Of a DNA stretch of 64,000 nt, positions 18,435 to 28,460 are shown piece by piece. The position numbers and the translations under genes were made by a program. Numbering within the stretch: position 1 is the stretch's first letter; the number at the start of each line of letters is the position of its first letter. A model generated the notes under the pieces. It saw only the letters and a list, made by a program, of their open reading frames with translations, was not told the origin of the DNA and searched no databases. The DNA comes from an uncultured Pelagibacteraceae bacterium (GTDB lineage: Bacteria; Pseudomonadota; Alphaproteobacteria; Pelagibacterales; Pelagibacteraceae), in assembly GCA_902609235.1 (NCBI GenBank), contig CACLRF010000002.1, positions 2,425 through 66,424 on the forward strand, given 5' to 3'.

Positions 18435-19329
18435 ACTCGTCAATCGGTTCGTCGTTATCAGAAATTGGCTCGTCTACAGGTAGTTCACTAGTTGAAGTTT
18501 TTGCAGCTGTTACTGGTTGAGGCTGCCCACCTAAATTTCTTTTTAGCGCTTTATCCAATTTTTTTTGAGTATCTTCTAAAGATAAGTTCAAGACAATCTG
18601 AAATTCAGACAGAATTCTTTCATATGCTTTTTCAAATAATTGTCTTTCACTATAAGACTGGTCAACCATAAGGTCATCACCTTTATTTAAATCTCTAACA
18701 ACTTCAGCTAACTCATATATTTTTCCTGACGAGATTTTAGCTTCATATTCTTGTGCTCTTCGACTCCACATTGACCTTTTAATTTTTGGTTTACTTTTTA
18801 ATATTGAAATGCACTTGTTAACTTGGTTAATCGTTGCTAACGGCCGAAGGTGGGACTGCTTGTTTACAGGGACCATTCCATTAGCTTTATCTTTTTCAAA
18901 TTTAATAACATATGTTTCAACATCAATTCCACCAATATTAATTTTTTTAAACTCATTAATTTGGCCTACTCCATGTTTTGGGTAAACGACATGATCTTTA
19001 ATTTTGTATTCTCTTTTTTCAGTTTCTTGTTTTTTAACTTTTTTTATTTCAGGCTTAACTTCGTTTGTTTTTGAAATTCTTAAATTATCTACTTTTGGCT
19101 CAGCTGTTTTTTCTGAAACTTTAACAGTTTTTTTTATTTTTTTTGTTTTAGGTGAAACTTTTTTAGAAACTTTTTTGACTTTTTTTGAAATTATTTTTTT
19201 AGCTTTTTTAACTTTTACAGTTTTTTTTGTTTTGACAACTTTCTTTTTAGAAACTTTTTTTTTAACTTTTTTGTCTGTTTTGCCTTTAAAGATTTTCTTT
19301 AAAATATTTTTCGTACTTATTTTGCTCAT
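18433..19329 (-). CDS. carD: CarD-family transcription factor with Lys-rich N-terminal extension
   Basis: [41 protein letters not shown]; downstream of fdxA. Start ATG 19329 preferred but uncertain. Confidence 0.92.
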   Translation of the reverse strand: MSKISTKNILKKIFKGKTDKKVKKKVSKKKVVKTKKTVKVKKAKKIISKKVKKVSKKVSPKTKKIKKTVKVSEKTAEPKVDNLRISKTNEVKPEIKKVKKQETEKREYKIKDHVVYPKHGVGQINEFKKINIGGIDVETYVIKFEKDKANGMVPVNKQSHLRPLATINQVNKCISILKSKPKIKRSMWSRRAQEYEAKISSGKIYELAEVVRDLNKGDDLMVDQSYSERQLFEKAYERILSEFQIVLNLSLEDTQKKLDKALKRNLGGQPQPVTAAKTSTSELPVDEPISDNDEPIDE

Positions 19330-19612
19330 TTTTAAATTTCTCGTGATCCGATGGTGGATCTTTTTTTTCACTTATGTTAGGCCAGATTTCAGAATATTTT
19401 TTGTTGATCTCTAACCATTTTTCACTTCCAGGTTCAGTGTCTGCTTTTATGGCATCGACAGGACATTCTGGCTCGCAAACGCCACAATCTATACACTCAT
19501 CGGGTTTAATTACAAGCATATTTTTACCTTCATAAAAGCAATCAACCGGACAGACATCAACACAGTCTGTAAGTTTGCACTTAATACAATTGTCGTTAAC
19601 GATATATGTCAT
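19286..19612 (-). CDS. fdxA: Ferredoxin FdxA (7Fe type)
   Basis: [30 protein letters not shown]. Confidence 0.96.
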   Translation of the reverse strand: MTYIVNDNCIKCKLTDCVDVCPVDCFYEGKNMLVIKPDECIDCGVCEPECPVDAIKADTEPGSEKWLEINKKYSEIWPNISEKKDPPSDHEKFKNEQNKYEKYFKENL

Positions 19613-20019
19613 TTTGAATTTTGTTTAATTTTTTCCTTAATATCGCCCATGGTTTTATTGTCAATATAAAGTAGTCCCGCAAGTCGTCTCATTAAATTAG
19701 TTTCGTATATATCAGCATCTTTGTTTGAGTAAATAATAGACCATAAAGACTCTACGATTTTAGTTTTGTCTTTTTCAGGCAAATTTTTTACTTCTCTAGT
19801 AAAATCTAAAATTTGATTTGAGTTTTCTTCAATTATTTTTGCTTCTTCAATTGTTTCAGAAATATTTTCATCTTCTACACCAAGCTCATTAAGTGTTTTT
19901 TTAATAATTTCTTCCTCATTATCTGTGTAATTCTCATCAATTTTAGCAGCATGAATTAATAAAGCACAAACTTTCGTTAAAAATTTTTTATTTTTTATTT
20001 CTTCTTTTTTAAAAAACAT
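19609..20019 (-). CDS. TerB-family protein
   Basis: [35 protein letters not shown] pattern. Confidence 0.75.
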   Translation of the reverse strand: MFFKKEEIKNKKFLTKVCALLIHAAKIDENYTDNEEEIIKKTLNELGVEDENISETIEEAKIIEENSNQILDFTREVKNLPEKDKTKIVESLWSIIYSNKDADIYETNLMRRLAGLLYIDNKTMGDIKEKIKQNSK

Positions 20020-20020
20020 T

Positions 20021-22501
20021 TTAACTCAAATTTAAATTTTTTAATATTTTAAATGGGTTTTCATTTGAGATTTTCTTTGTAATAATTTTTTTAAATTTCT
20101 TAGTAGGATTATATTTAAAAAAAGTTTCATTTTCTTTCTCAAATATTTTGTAATTCATCTTTTGAAGTAGTTTTTTGAAATTATCTTTACTACATCCTAA
20201 AAGATTTAACATTTCTGGAACTAATTTTATTTCAGAATTTTCTTTTGAATTAGAATTTATTATTAATACAAATAATCTTTCCAAAATATCAATTCTTACA
20301 AAAAAATTATCAAATCTTTCAAATCCACACAAAAGCATAAAATTTTTATTTTTTATTTCTTTATCGTCTAAAAAATTCAAACCAAACGTTGGTGGTTTTA
20401 AATTATGAAATTTTTGATAAAAATTTTTCCATAGTAATGTTCTTAAAGATACTGCTTCTGGCTTAATTAATTGATAAAGGAAAACATGGTATCTCCCAAA
20501 CTTTACTCCTAAGTCTCTAAGAATTTTTCTATCATTTTGTTCTAGGTTCTTTAAGTATTCAGAAACTTGGTCTCTTTTTAATACTCCATTATTTTCATAG
20601 AGTTGGTATGCCAGTGCTTTAATTGATGAATTATTTTCTTTTATATTTTTTAAATCAATTAAACTTTTAAGAACGTTATTTATTTTTGCATGTATCCATT
20701 TGTTAATGTAATCATTTAATTTTTGTTTAGTGTTTTGTTCTATAATATCATCAACGATTAAATCAAAATTAGGATTTAAATAGTCACTGCCTGTTGTTAA
20801 TTTGGCAATTGGGAAATCATTCCAGTAAATTTTAAAATCTTCATTCAAATTTATTAACCCCGTATCAATTATTAATTGAACACGTTTCTCTAATTCTGGT
20901 CCAATAGTTTGCCTGGCGGCTTTTTTTAAAGATTTAATATCAGTTTCCAAAGCACCTTTTTTAAGATCCAGTTCTAATTTTAGTCCTTTTATCTTTCCAA
21001 TAAATTGACTGTCAATTTTAACGTCATTGTTTTGTAAAATTTCAGTTTTAAATTCCATATCTTGTTTTAAACCTCTAGCGAGCGCGCTTGCTCTTTTGTC
21101 AATAAAAGTTTTAGTAAGTTCCTCATGTAATCTGTCTGAAAGTCTATCTTCTAAGTTTTTAGTTTTTTCAATCCAATAAATTTGATTTTCTACCCAATTA
21201 TTTTTATTCGAAACATATGACCAAGTTCTTACATTTGCAATTCTATTTGATAAAGAATCTACATTTCCATCTAATTTATCAAGTTTCATGAGCTGTAATC
21301 TCATATAATCTTCAGAAATTAGTCCTTTTTTGCTAGTTAAAAATTTAAATACATTTCCAATAACCTCAAAATGATTTCCGTAAGTTTTTTTAATAAAATC
21401 AGGTATTTGGCAACATTCCCACAAAAGCATTAAAGTTTTCTTATCAAATTCTCTATTTAAAATTTTTTGATCCTTTAAAAAATATTTTAGCGCCTTTTCG
21501 TCCTCACATTCATGAATTTTTCTTAGCCATTCCATTTGAGGTTTTTCTTCTAAACTTTTTATTAAACTAATTGGGTTATTGAAATTAAGATTTGAATTCC
21601 TCCAAAACAAAGTTCTAATTTCCTCAAATTTATGATTTTCTAATAATTCTACTTCTTCTGGAGATATTTCTTTACAATCACCAGTAATACCGAAACCTCC
21701 ATCGTTAAGGTATCGACCAGCTCTACCAGCTATTTGACCTATTTCTGCAAGATTTAATCTTCTTAATTTTTTTCCATCAAATTTCTTTATATTTGAAAAA
21801 TAAACAAAATCTAAATCCATATTTATCCCCATTCCAATTGCATCTGTTGCAACTAAGAAATCGACATCCCCAGATTGATATAATTCAACCTGAGCATTTC
21901 TTGTTTTTGGACTTAGCGATCCCATTACAATAGCAGCACCACCCTTTTGTCTTCTTATTAACTCAGCAATTGCATAAACTTCCTCTGCTGAAAACGCAAT
22001 AATTGCTGTTTTTCTGTCAATTCTTGATATTTTTTTATGACCAGCGTAAGAGAGTTTTGATAGTCTTTCTCTATTTATAAATTCAATATCCCCATTTAAT
22101 TTTGAGATGATATTTTTAATGGTACTTGAGCCCATCAGCATTGTAAGTTTTTCTCCTCTCATATTTAAAAGTCTATCAGTAAAAATATGACCTCTTTCAT
22201 GATCAGCACACATTTGAATTTCATCCACACCAACAAACTCTAGATGTTTGTCAATTGGCATAGACTCAACTGTACATAAAAAATATTTAGCATTAGCTGG
22301 AATGATTTTTTCTTCTCCAGTTATGAGTGCAACTTTATCTAAACTTATTTTCTTGATTACTTTTTCATATACTTCTCTTGCAAGTAATCTAAGTGGAAAT
22401 CCAATCATACCGCTTTCAAAAGAAAGCATAGTTTCGATAGCGAGGTGGGTTTTACCTGTATTAGTAGGACCAAGAACAGCTGTAATTTTATTTTTAGTCA
22501 T
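20021..22501 (-). CDS. SUV3/MgpS-like SF2 helicase
   Basis: LGPTNTGKT, PLRLLA, DEIQ, ATDAIGMGINM, QIAGRAGR. Confidence 0.93.
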   Translation of the reverse strand: MTKNKITAVLGPTNTGKTHLAIETMLSFESGMIGFPLRLLAREVYEKVIKKISLDKVALITGEEKIIPANAKYFLCTVESMPIDKHLEFVGVDEIQMCADHERGHIFTDRLLNMRGEKLTMLMGSSTIKNIISKLNGDIEFINRERLSKLSYAGHKKISRIDRKTAIIAFSAEEVYAIAELIRRQKGGAAIVMGSLSPKTRNAQVELYQSGDVDFLVATDAIGMGINMDLDFVYFSNIKKFDGKKLRRLNLAEIGQIAGRAGRYLNDGGFGITGDCKEISPEEVELLENHKFEEIRTLFWRNSNLNFNNPISLIKSLEEKPQMEWLRKIHECEDEKALKYFLKDQKILNREFDKKTLMLLWECCQIPDFIKKTYGNHFEVIGNVFKFLTSKKGLISEDYMRLQLMKLDKLDGNVDSLSNRIANVRTWSYVSNKNNWVENQIYWIEKTKNLEDRLSDRLHEELTKTFIDKRASALARGLKQDMEFKTEILQNNDVKIDSQFIGKIKGLKLELDLKKGALETDIKSLKKAARQTIGPELEKRVQLIIDTGLINLNEDFKIYWNDFPIAKLTTGSDYLNPNFDLIVDDIIEQNTKQKLNDYINKWIHAKINNVLKSLIDLKNIKENNSSIKALAYQLYENNGVLKRDQVSEYLKNLEQNDRKILRDLGVKFGRYHVFLYQLIKPEAVSLRTLLWKNFYQKFHNLKPPTFGLNFLDDKEIKNKNFMLLCGFERFDNFFVRIDILERLFVLIINSNSKENSEIKLVPEMLNLLGCSKDNFKKLLQKMNYKIFEKENETFFKYNPTKKFKKIITKKISNENPFKILKNLNLS

Positions 22502-22674
22502 TTCTATCTTTTGTGCTTCTTTTTTTTCACCTACCAGATATTGTTACTGCTAAAGAACAAAAATAGACTAAAACATGATCGAATCGGAGGGTAAAAAGTT
22601 CTCATTTTCTTTAATATGTTAGTGAGATTACCATAAATAAGATTAATTCTATAATAGTAATTTAATTTAATAAA

Positions 22675-24636
22675 ATGAGTAAAAAACTTTGGCAACCTTC
22701 TCTAATTGTAAAAAAAAATTCAAATTTATTTGCTTTTGAAAATTACATTTCAAAAAAATTAAGAATAAAATTTAATAGAAATTATAAAAAATTATTAAAT
22801 TGGAGCATTAAAAATTCACCTGATTTCTGGAGTAGATTTTGGGATTTTAGTAAAATTAAAGGAACTAAAGGCAAACAAAAATTTAAAAAATCAAAGACTT
22901 TTTATAAAAATTTATTTTTACCAGGTAGCAGACTAAATTTTGGTGAAAATTTATTATCTAAAAACAACAATGAAAAAGCAGTAACCTTTATTAGTGAAAA
23001 TGGATTTAGAGAAGAAAGATCATGGAGACAATTAAATTTAAATACTAATAAAATTTCAAGGTTTCTAAAAAAAATAAATATTAAAAAAGGAGATAGAGTA
23101 GCTGCCTATATGCCAAATACTATTGAAACTGTTGAAGCATTCATTGCTACAACTTCTTTGGGAGGTATTTGGTCTTCTTGTAGTCCTGATTTTGGTTCTA
23201 AAGGAGTTATAGAAAGATTTTCTCAAATTAATCCAAAAGTTTTATTCATTACTGATCAGTATTTTTATAATGGAAAAAAAATAGATATTTTAAATAGAAT
23301 TCCAGAGATTTTAAAATTAATCCCGTCAATTAAAAGTGTTGTAATTAGTAATTACCCTGGAAAAAAGTTTATTAAAAATAAATATAAATTTAAAAAAATT
23401 AATTTATTTAAATGGAATAAATTAATGCAAATTAATACTGAAAAAATTAATTTTAAAAGATTTGATTTTGAAACAGAGTTAGCAATATTATATTCTAGTG
23501 GAACTACTGGAAAACCTAAATGCATTTGTCATAGATCTGGTGGTGTTTTAATCCAGCATATGAAGGAACATCAATTACATTGTAATATTAAAGAAAATGA
23601 TAACGTTTTTTATTTTACCACATGTGGATGGATGATGTGGAATTGGTTAGTTAGTTCATTGGCCTCTAAGGCATCTATTGTTCTTTTTGATGGATCTCCG
23701 ATGTTTAAATCTGCTGATTTGCTTTTGAAAATAGCGCAAAGAGAAAAAATAACTTTATTTGGAATAAGTGCGAAGTATGTAGATGCTTTAAGAAAATTTA
23801 AACCAAAATTAAAATATAAGTTTAAACTAAATAAACTAAGAACAATTTGTTCAACTGGCTCACCTCTTTCAGAAGAAAGTTTTAAATATGTTTATAAGCA
23901 TATTAAAAAAAATGTGCACTTGTCATCTATTTCTGGTGGTACCGATATTGTTTCGTGCTTTGTGTTAGGAAATTTATATCAGCCAGTAAATATAGGAGAA
24001 ATACAAAACAATGGTTTGGCTTTAGATGTAGATGTTTTAAGTGATAAAGGGAAGTCTTTAAAAAATAGTAAAGGAGAACTTGTCTGTAAAAATCCTTTTC
24101 CATCAATGCCTTTAAAGTTTTGGAATGATAAAAATGATATTAAATTTAAGAGTGCTTATTTTAATAGATTTAAAAATATATGGCACCATGGAGATTACGC
24201 AGAGATAAAAAATAGTGGTGGATATATAATTCATGGAAGATCAGATACTACCTTAAATCCAGGAGGTGTAAGACTTGGAACAGCAGAGATATATTCAGAA
24301 GTTGAAAAGTTTAAAGAAATAAAAGAGTCTATTGTTGTAGGACAACCATGGGATAATGATGTTAGAATAGTTTTATTTATTGTAATGAGCAAAAATTATT
24401 CATTAACAGCAGAATTAATTAACAAAATTAAATTACAAATAAAAAAAAATGCATCTCCTAGACATGTTCCAAGTAAAATTATTGTTGTAAAAGATATACC
24501 TCGAACAAAAAGTGGCAAAATAGTTGAACTTGCAGTTAAAAGTAAGATAGAAGGAAGTCAAATTAAAAACATTGAAGCTTTAGCAAATCCCGAAGCTCTT
24601 GAACAATATAGTAATTTAAAAGAATTAAGTACCTAA
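22675..24636 (+). CDS. Acetoacetate-CoA ligase
   Basis: WSSCSPDFG, YSSGTTGKPKCI, TTCGWMMWNW, SISGGTD, GRSDTTLNPGGVRLG. Confidence 0.93.
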   Translation: MSKKLWQPSLIVKKNSNLFAFENYISKKLRIKFNRNYKKLLNWSIKNSPDFWSRFWDFSKIKGTKGKQKFKKSKTFYKNLFLPGSRLNFGENLLSKNNNEKAVTFISENGFREERSWRQLNLNTNKISRFLKKINIKKGDRVAAYMPNTIETVEAFIATTSLGGIWSSCSPDFGSKGVIERFSQINPKVLFITDQYFYNGKKIDILNRIPEILKLIPSIKSVVISNYPGKKFIKNKYKFKKINLFKWNKLMQINTEKINFKRFDFETELAILYSSGTTGKPKCICHRSGGVLIQHMKEHQLHCNIKENDNVFYFTTCGWMMWNWLVSSLASKASIVLFDGSPMFKSADLLLKIAQREKITLFGISAKYVDALRKFKPKLKYKFKLNKLRTICSTGSPLSEESFKYVYKHIKKNVHLSSISGGTDIVSCFVLGNLYQPVNIGEIQNNGLALDVDVLSDKGKSLKNSKGELVCKNPFPSMPLKFWNDKNDIKFKSAYFNRFKNIWHHGDYAEIKNSGGYIIHGRSDTTLNPGGVRLGTAEIYSEVEKFKEIKESIVVGQPWDNDVRIVLFIVMSKNYSLTAELINKIKLQIKKNASPRHVPSKIIVVKDIPRTKSGKIVELAVKSKIEGSQIKNIEALANPEALEQYSNLKELST

Positions 24637-24716
24637 ATATAAATTATTAGAATTCGATATTCTTAGATGGTATGCTCAATTACTTTTTAATAAAAATATA
24701 AAATAGAAGGAGATTT

Positions 24717-25724
24717 ATGTTTAAAAAATTATTTAGAACATTTGCAGTTTTTTTGTTTCTTTCAGGCTCTTTTCTAGGGAAAGCAATCTCTAATGAATTG
24801 ACTTTCTTTACAATTGGTACTGGAGGAACTGCTTATACTTATTATCCAGTAGGAGGAATGATAGCCAATGCTATTTCAAAACCTCCAGGTTCAAGGGAAT
24901 GTGGAAAAGGCGGAAGTTGTGGAGTTGATGGTTTGATTGCATCTGCTGTTTCTTCTAGAGGTTCAGTTGATAATGTAAACGCTATTATTTCAGGATTAAG
25001 AAATTCTGGATTTGCACAATCTGATGTTGCTTATTGGGCTTATACTGGAACAGGAACAATGGAAGGTAAGGAACCCGCAAAAGATTTGAGAACCATTGCG
25101 GCTTTATTTCAGGAACACATCCATTTAGTAGCTTTAAAAAAAAGTAATATTAATTCAGTTAAAGATTTAAAAGGAAAAAGAGTATCATTAGATGAGCCAG
25201 GTTCTGGAACATATGTAGATGCTAAATTAATCTTAGAGTCAAATGGATTAAGCACTAATGATGTTAAAGCAGAAGCCTTGAAAGGAAAGGCCGCAACTGA
25301 TGCTTTAAGAAATGGTAAAGTTGATGCTATTTTTGTTGTAGCTGGCTATCCAACTGGTGCAATAGTTGAGCTTGCATCTGCAGTTGATATTAAATTAGTA
25401 CCTATTGATGGTGCTGGAGCAAAAGCTCTAACTTCAAAATATGGTTTCTTTTCTGAAAGTCCAATACCATCAGGAACTTATGAAGGTGTTGATGCAGTTA
25501 ATACTGTTGCTGTTGGTGCTCAGTGGTTTACATCAGCAAAAGAGGACACTGATTTAATATATAAAATAACAAAAGCTTTGTGGAACAAGGAGTCTAGAAA
25601 GCTAATGGATGTAGGACATGCTAAAGGAAAAACAATTACACCTGATACAGCCCTTTCGGGAGTAGGAGTACCATTACATCCTGGTGCAGAAAAGTTCTAT
25701 AAAGAAGCAGGACTAATAAAATAA
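24717..25724 (+). CDS. TAXI-family TRAP transporter solute-binding protein
   Basis: Signal peptide, TIGTGG..YYPVG, GSVDNV, AQSDV, GSGT, PLHPGAEKFY; strong GGAG RBS. Confidence 0.93.
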   Translation: MFKKLFRTFAVFLFLSGSFLGKAISNELTFFTIGTGGTAYTYYPVGGMIANAISKPPGSRECGKGGSCGVDGLIASAVSSRGSVDNVNAIISGLRNSGFAQSDVAYWAYTGTGTMEGKEPAKDLRTIAALFQEHIHLVALKKSNINSVKDLKGKRVSLDEPGSGTYVDAKLILESNGLSTNDVKAEALKGKAATDALRNGKVDAIFVVAGYPTGAIVELASAVDIKLVPIDGAGAKALTSKYGFFSESPIPSGTYEGVDAVNTVAVGAQWFTSAKEDTDLIYKITKALWNKESRKLMDVGHAKGKTITPDTALSGVGVPLHPGAEKFYKEAGLIK

Positions 25725-25739
25725 TTAATAAAAATATAC

Positions 25740-25773
25740 TGCCCTAGATCTATTTTGATCTAGGGCATTTTTT
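25740..25773 (+). terminator. Intra-operon hairpin/terminator after the solute-binding gene
   Basis: TGCCCTAGATC-TATTTT-GATCTAGGGCA followed by T6. Confidence 0.8.
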
Positions 25774-25774
25774 C

Positions 25775-27760
25775 ATGTCTAAGTTTAATATTTCACAAAA
25801 AAAAGTTTCTGATTTACAAAAAAGATATGAGGTTAAAACTAATGAGAGGGAATTAAAAAATTTTTTAAAATCTTTTGCTTTTTTAGTTTTAGCATTAATG
25901 TCTGTTTATCATTTCTATGCTTCTGGTTTTGGGACAATTAGAGAAATTTTGCATAGAGGAATACATATTTCTTTCGTTGTAGGTTTAGTTTTTATTTTTT
26001 ATAGTTGGAAAAAAGTTGATCATAGTAAAAAAAAATTTAACACACCTTTTATTGATATAATTCTTTCAATTTTAGTAGTTATTTCAGCCTTATATTTACC
26101 CTTATTACCTCCAGAGGTTTTAGCTCCGAGGGTTGGTAATCCTGAAACTATAGACATTATAATTGGATCTTTCTTGATAGTATTAACTTTAGAGGCTGCA
26201 AGAAGATCAATTGGTTTTACCCTACCTTTTATTTGTGTACTCTTTATTTTGTTTGCTATTTTTGGACCTTATTTTCCTGGTGCTTTAAAACATGGAGGAG
26301 CTAGTTGGGTTGGTTTTGTAAATCATATTTATCTTACTAATCAAGGAATCTATGGAATTGCAGTTGGGGTTATGGCTCAATATGTTTTTTTATTTATATT
26401 ATTTGGTGTGCTTGCAACAAGAATTGGATTGGGTCAGCTTTTTATTGATTTAGCAATGGTTATAGCGGGAAAATATTCTGGAGGTCCAGCAAAAGTTGCG
26501 ATTTTTTCATCAGCTTTTTTAGGAACTATTTCTGGTTCATCTATTGCTAATACTGTTACGACTGGGTCTTTAACAATTCCAGCAATGAAAAAAGTTGGCT
26601 ATCCACCACATTTTTCTGGAGCTGTAGAAGCAACAGCTTCTACAGGTGGCCAAATTACACCTCCAATACTCGGAGCTGCAGCATTTATAATGGTAGAATA
26701 TTTAGAAGTTCCACTTAGAGATATTTTAGCAGCAGCACTTATTCCTGCTTTACTCCATTATTTTGGCATATTTATAATGGTTCACCTGGAAGCTAAAAAG
26801 CTAGGCCTTAGAGGGTTAAAAGATGAAGAAGTACCAAAATTTTTATCAGTAGTTAAAGATAACTGGTTGTCTTTAGCACCATTAATACTTTTAGTTTATT
26901 TAATTTTGATTGGTCGTACACCTGACTATGCTGCAGTAATTTCAATTATAGCATGCGTATTAATTGGTTTTGTAAAAAAAACAAATAGACTTACAATTAA
27001 AGATCTCGTCCAGTGTTTATCGCAAGGAGCAAAAAATACTTTAGCTGTTGGAGCCGCAGCTGCAGCAATCGGAATTATAGTTGGTGTTGTAACACTAACT
27101 GGTGTTGGATTTCGATTAGGATATGTTGTAATTCAAACAGCAGGTGACATAGGAAGTTTTTTTCTAAATTTTATTCCATTTGGTTTGCTAACTATTGAAG
27201 ATTTGACACTTTTTTTCTCATTATTATTAATCGCTTTTTCTTGTATTTTTATGGGAACTGGGGTTCCGACAACTGCAACTTATATAATTTTAGTGGCTGT
27301 TGCAGCACCAGCATTAACACAACTAAATATTGAACCGATTGTTTCTCATTTCTTTGTTTTTTATTATGGTGTTTTAGCAGATATAACTCCCCCAGTAGCT
27401 CTTGCTGCTTATGCAGCTGCGGGAATAGCAGGTTCTAATCCTTTTAAAACAGGAAACACAGCATTTAGGTTAGGTATTGCCAAGGCATTGGTTCCATTTG
27501 TTTTTGTTTATTCACCATCTTTGTTACTGGTAGCGCAGGGTTTTGATATATACATTTTTTTTCAAACATTAATTTCTGCAATGATAGGAATAGGATTAAT
27601 AGGAATAAGTTTTTCTGGCTATTGGTTAAAAAGTGTACCAATTTATCAACGTTGGTATTTAGGAGTGAATTCTTTATTTTTCATTGCTCCAGGAATTCAG
27701 AGTTCTATTTTAGGATTATTTTTGATATCACCAGTAATTTTTTTACAACTTAAAAAATAA
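25775..27760 (+). CDS. TRAP transporter fused 4TM/12TM permease (TAXI type)
   Basis: GGPAKVA, SGSSIAN, EATASTGGQITPP, ADITPPVALAA. Confidence 0.95.
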   Translation: MSKFNISQKKVSDLQKRYEVKTNERELKNFLKSFAFLVLALMSVYHFYASGFGTIREILHRGIHISFVVGLVFIFYSWKKVDHSKKKFNTPFIDIILSILVVISALYLPLLPPEVLAPRVGNPETIDIIIGSFLIVLTLEAARRSIGFTLPFICVLFILFAIFGPYFPGALKHGGASWVGFVNHIYLTNQGIYGIAVGVMAQYVFLFILFGVLATRIGLGQLFIDLAMVIAGKYSGGPAKVAIFSSAFLGTISGSSIANTVTTGSLTIPAMKKVGYPPHFSGAVEATASTGGQITPPILGAAAFIMVEYLEVPLRDILAAALIPALLHYFGIFIMVHLEAKKLGLRGLKDEEVPKFLSVVKDNWLSLAPLILLVYLILIGRTPDYAAVISIIACVLIGFVKKTNRLTIKDLVQCLSQGAKNTLAVGAAAAAIGIIVGVVTLTGVGFRLGYVVIQTAGDIGSFFLNFIPFGLLTIEDLTLFFSLLLIAFSCIFMGTGVPTTATYIILVAVAAPALTQLNIEPIVSHFFVFYYGVLADITPPVALAAYAAAGIAGSNPFKTGNTAFRLGIAKALVPFVFVYSPSLLLVAQGFDIYIFFQTLISAMIGIGLIGISFSGYWLKSVPIYQRWYLGVNSLFFIAPGIQSSILGLFLISPVIFLQLKK

Positions 27761-27765
27761 ATCTT

Positions 27766-28191
27766 TTATCCTCCTGGTCCTAAATTAGAAGGCTTTATTT
27801 TAATAATTTTCCATACCCCAGATGCTGAGGTAATTATTTTATCATTACACTTTAGCTCACAAAATAAAAACACAAGACTATTTGTTTTTTTTAAAATTTT
27901 TGTATGTCCAATAATTTCATCTCCAACTTTTGAAGCGCCTATAAATTTTATATCTAAAGAGATAGTTACACATGGAGCATTTCCTGCAGCTCTATGTGCG
28001 GCTGTTCCTGCTCCTGCATCTATTAAAGCAGATAAATAGCCTCCATGAGTTATTCCAGCAGCATTTAAATGATGTTCATTAATTAAAGATTTAAATTCAT
28101 ATTCATTTTCTGAAATAGCTCTAAATAAAACACCCCCATTGTGTTTCATAAATCCAGGTTTAATACTTATTTGCTCAAATTCATTGCTCAT
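27766..28191 (-). CDS. PaaI-family (hot-dog fold) thioesterase
   Basis: HLNAAGITHGGYLSALID motif. Confidence 0.9.
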   Translation of the reverse strand: MSNEFEQISIKPGFMKHNGGVLFRAISENEYEFKSLINEHHLNAAGITHGGYLSALIDAGAGTAAHRAAGNAPCVTISLDIKFIGASKVGDEIIGHTKILKKTNSLVFLFCELKCNDKIITSASGVWKIIKIKPSNLGPGG

Positions 28192-28197
28192 AATTTT

Positions 28198-28296
28198 TTA
28201 TAATACAAAAGTTAAAATTAATAAAATAATTAAAATAATTATAAAAAAATAAATTACTGATTTTTGTAAAGATGCATTCAAAAGCCAATTAAACAT
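28198..28296 (-). CDS. 32-aa single-transmembrane small protein
   Basis: MFNWLLNASLQKSVIYFFIIILIILLILTFVL; AAGGGA RBS immediately after the tRNA-Arg CCA; stop 6 nt before the thioesterase. Confidence 0.55.
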   Translation of the reverse strand: MFNWLLNASLQKSVIYFFIIILIILLILTFVL

Positions 28297-28310
28297 TTTT
28301 GTTCCCTTTT

Positions 28311-28387
28311 TGGTGGACCGCCCAGAACTCGAATCTGGAATCTCCCGGTTCGTAGCCGAGCGCCTTATCCAATTTGGCCAGCGGTCC
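28311..28387 (-). tRNA. tRNA-Arg (ACG)
   Basis: Acceptor GGACCGC/GCGGTCC-A-CCA, anticodon arm CTCGG-CTACGAA-CCGGG, TTCGA loop. Confidence 0.96.
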
Positions 28388-28460
28388 TTTTTAATAATAT
28401 ATCCCATATATCAAAGTTTTTGATGTAATTTAACTTATAAAATATTATGTTAATTAATTT

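Noticed and set aside
19004-19414. Hydrophobic F/L/T-rich plus-strand ORF
   Set aside because: Antisense shadow of the Lys-rich carD extension
28297-28407. N-terminal half of the 69-aa track ORF
   Set aside because: It reads through tRNA-Arg; the plausible start is ATG 28296
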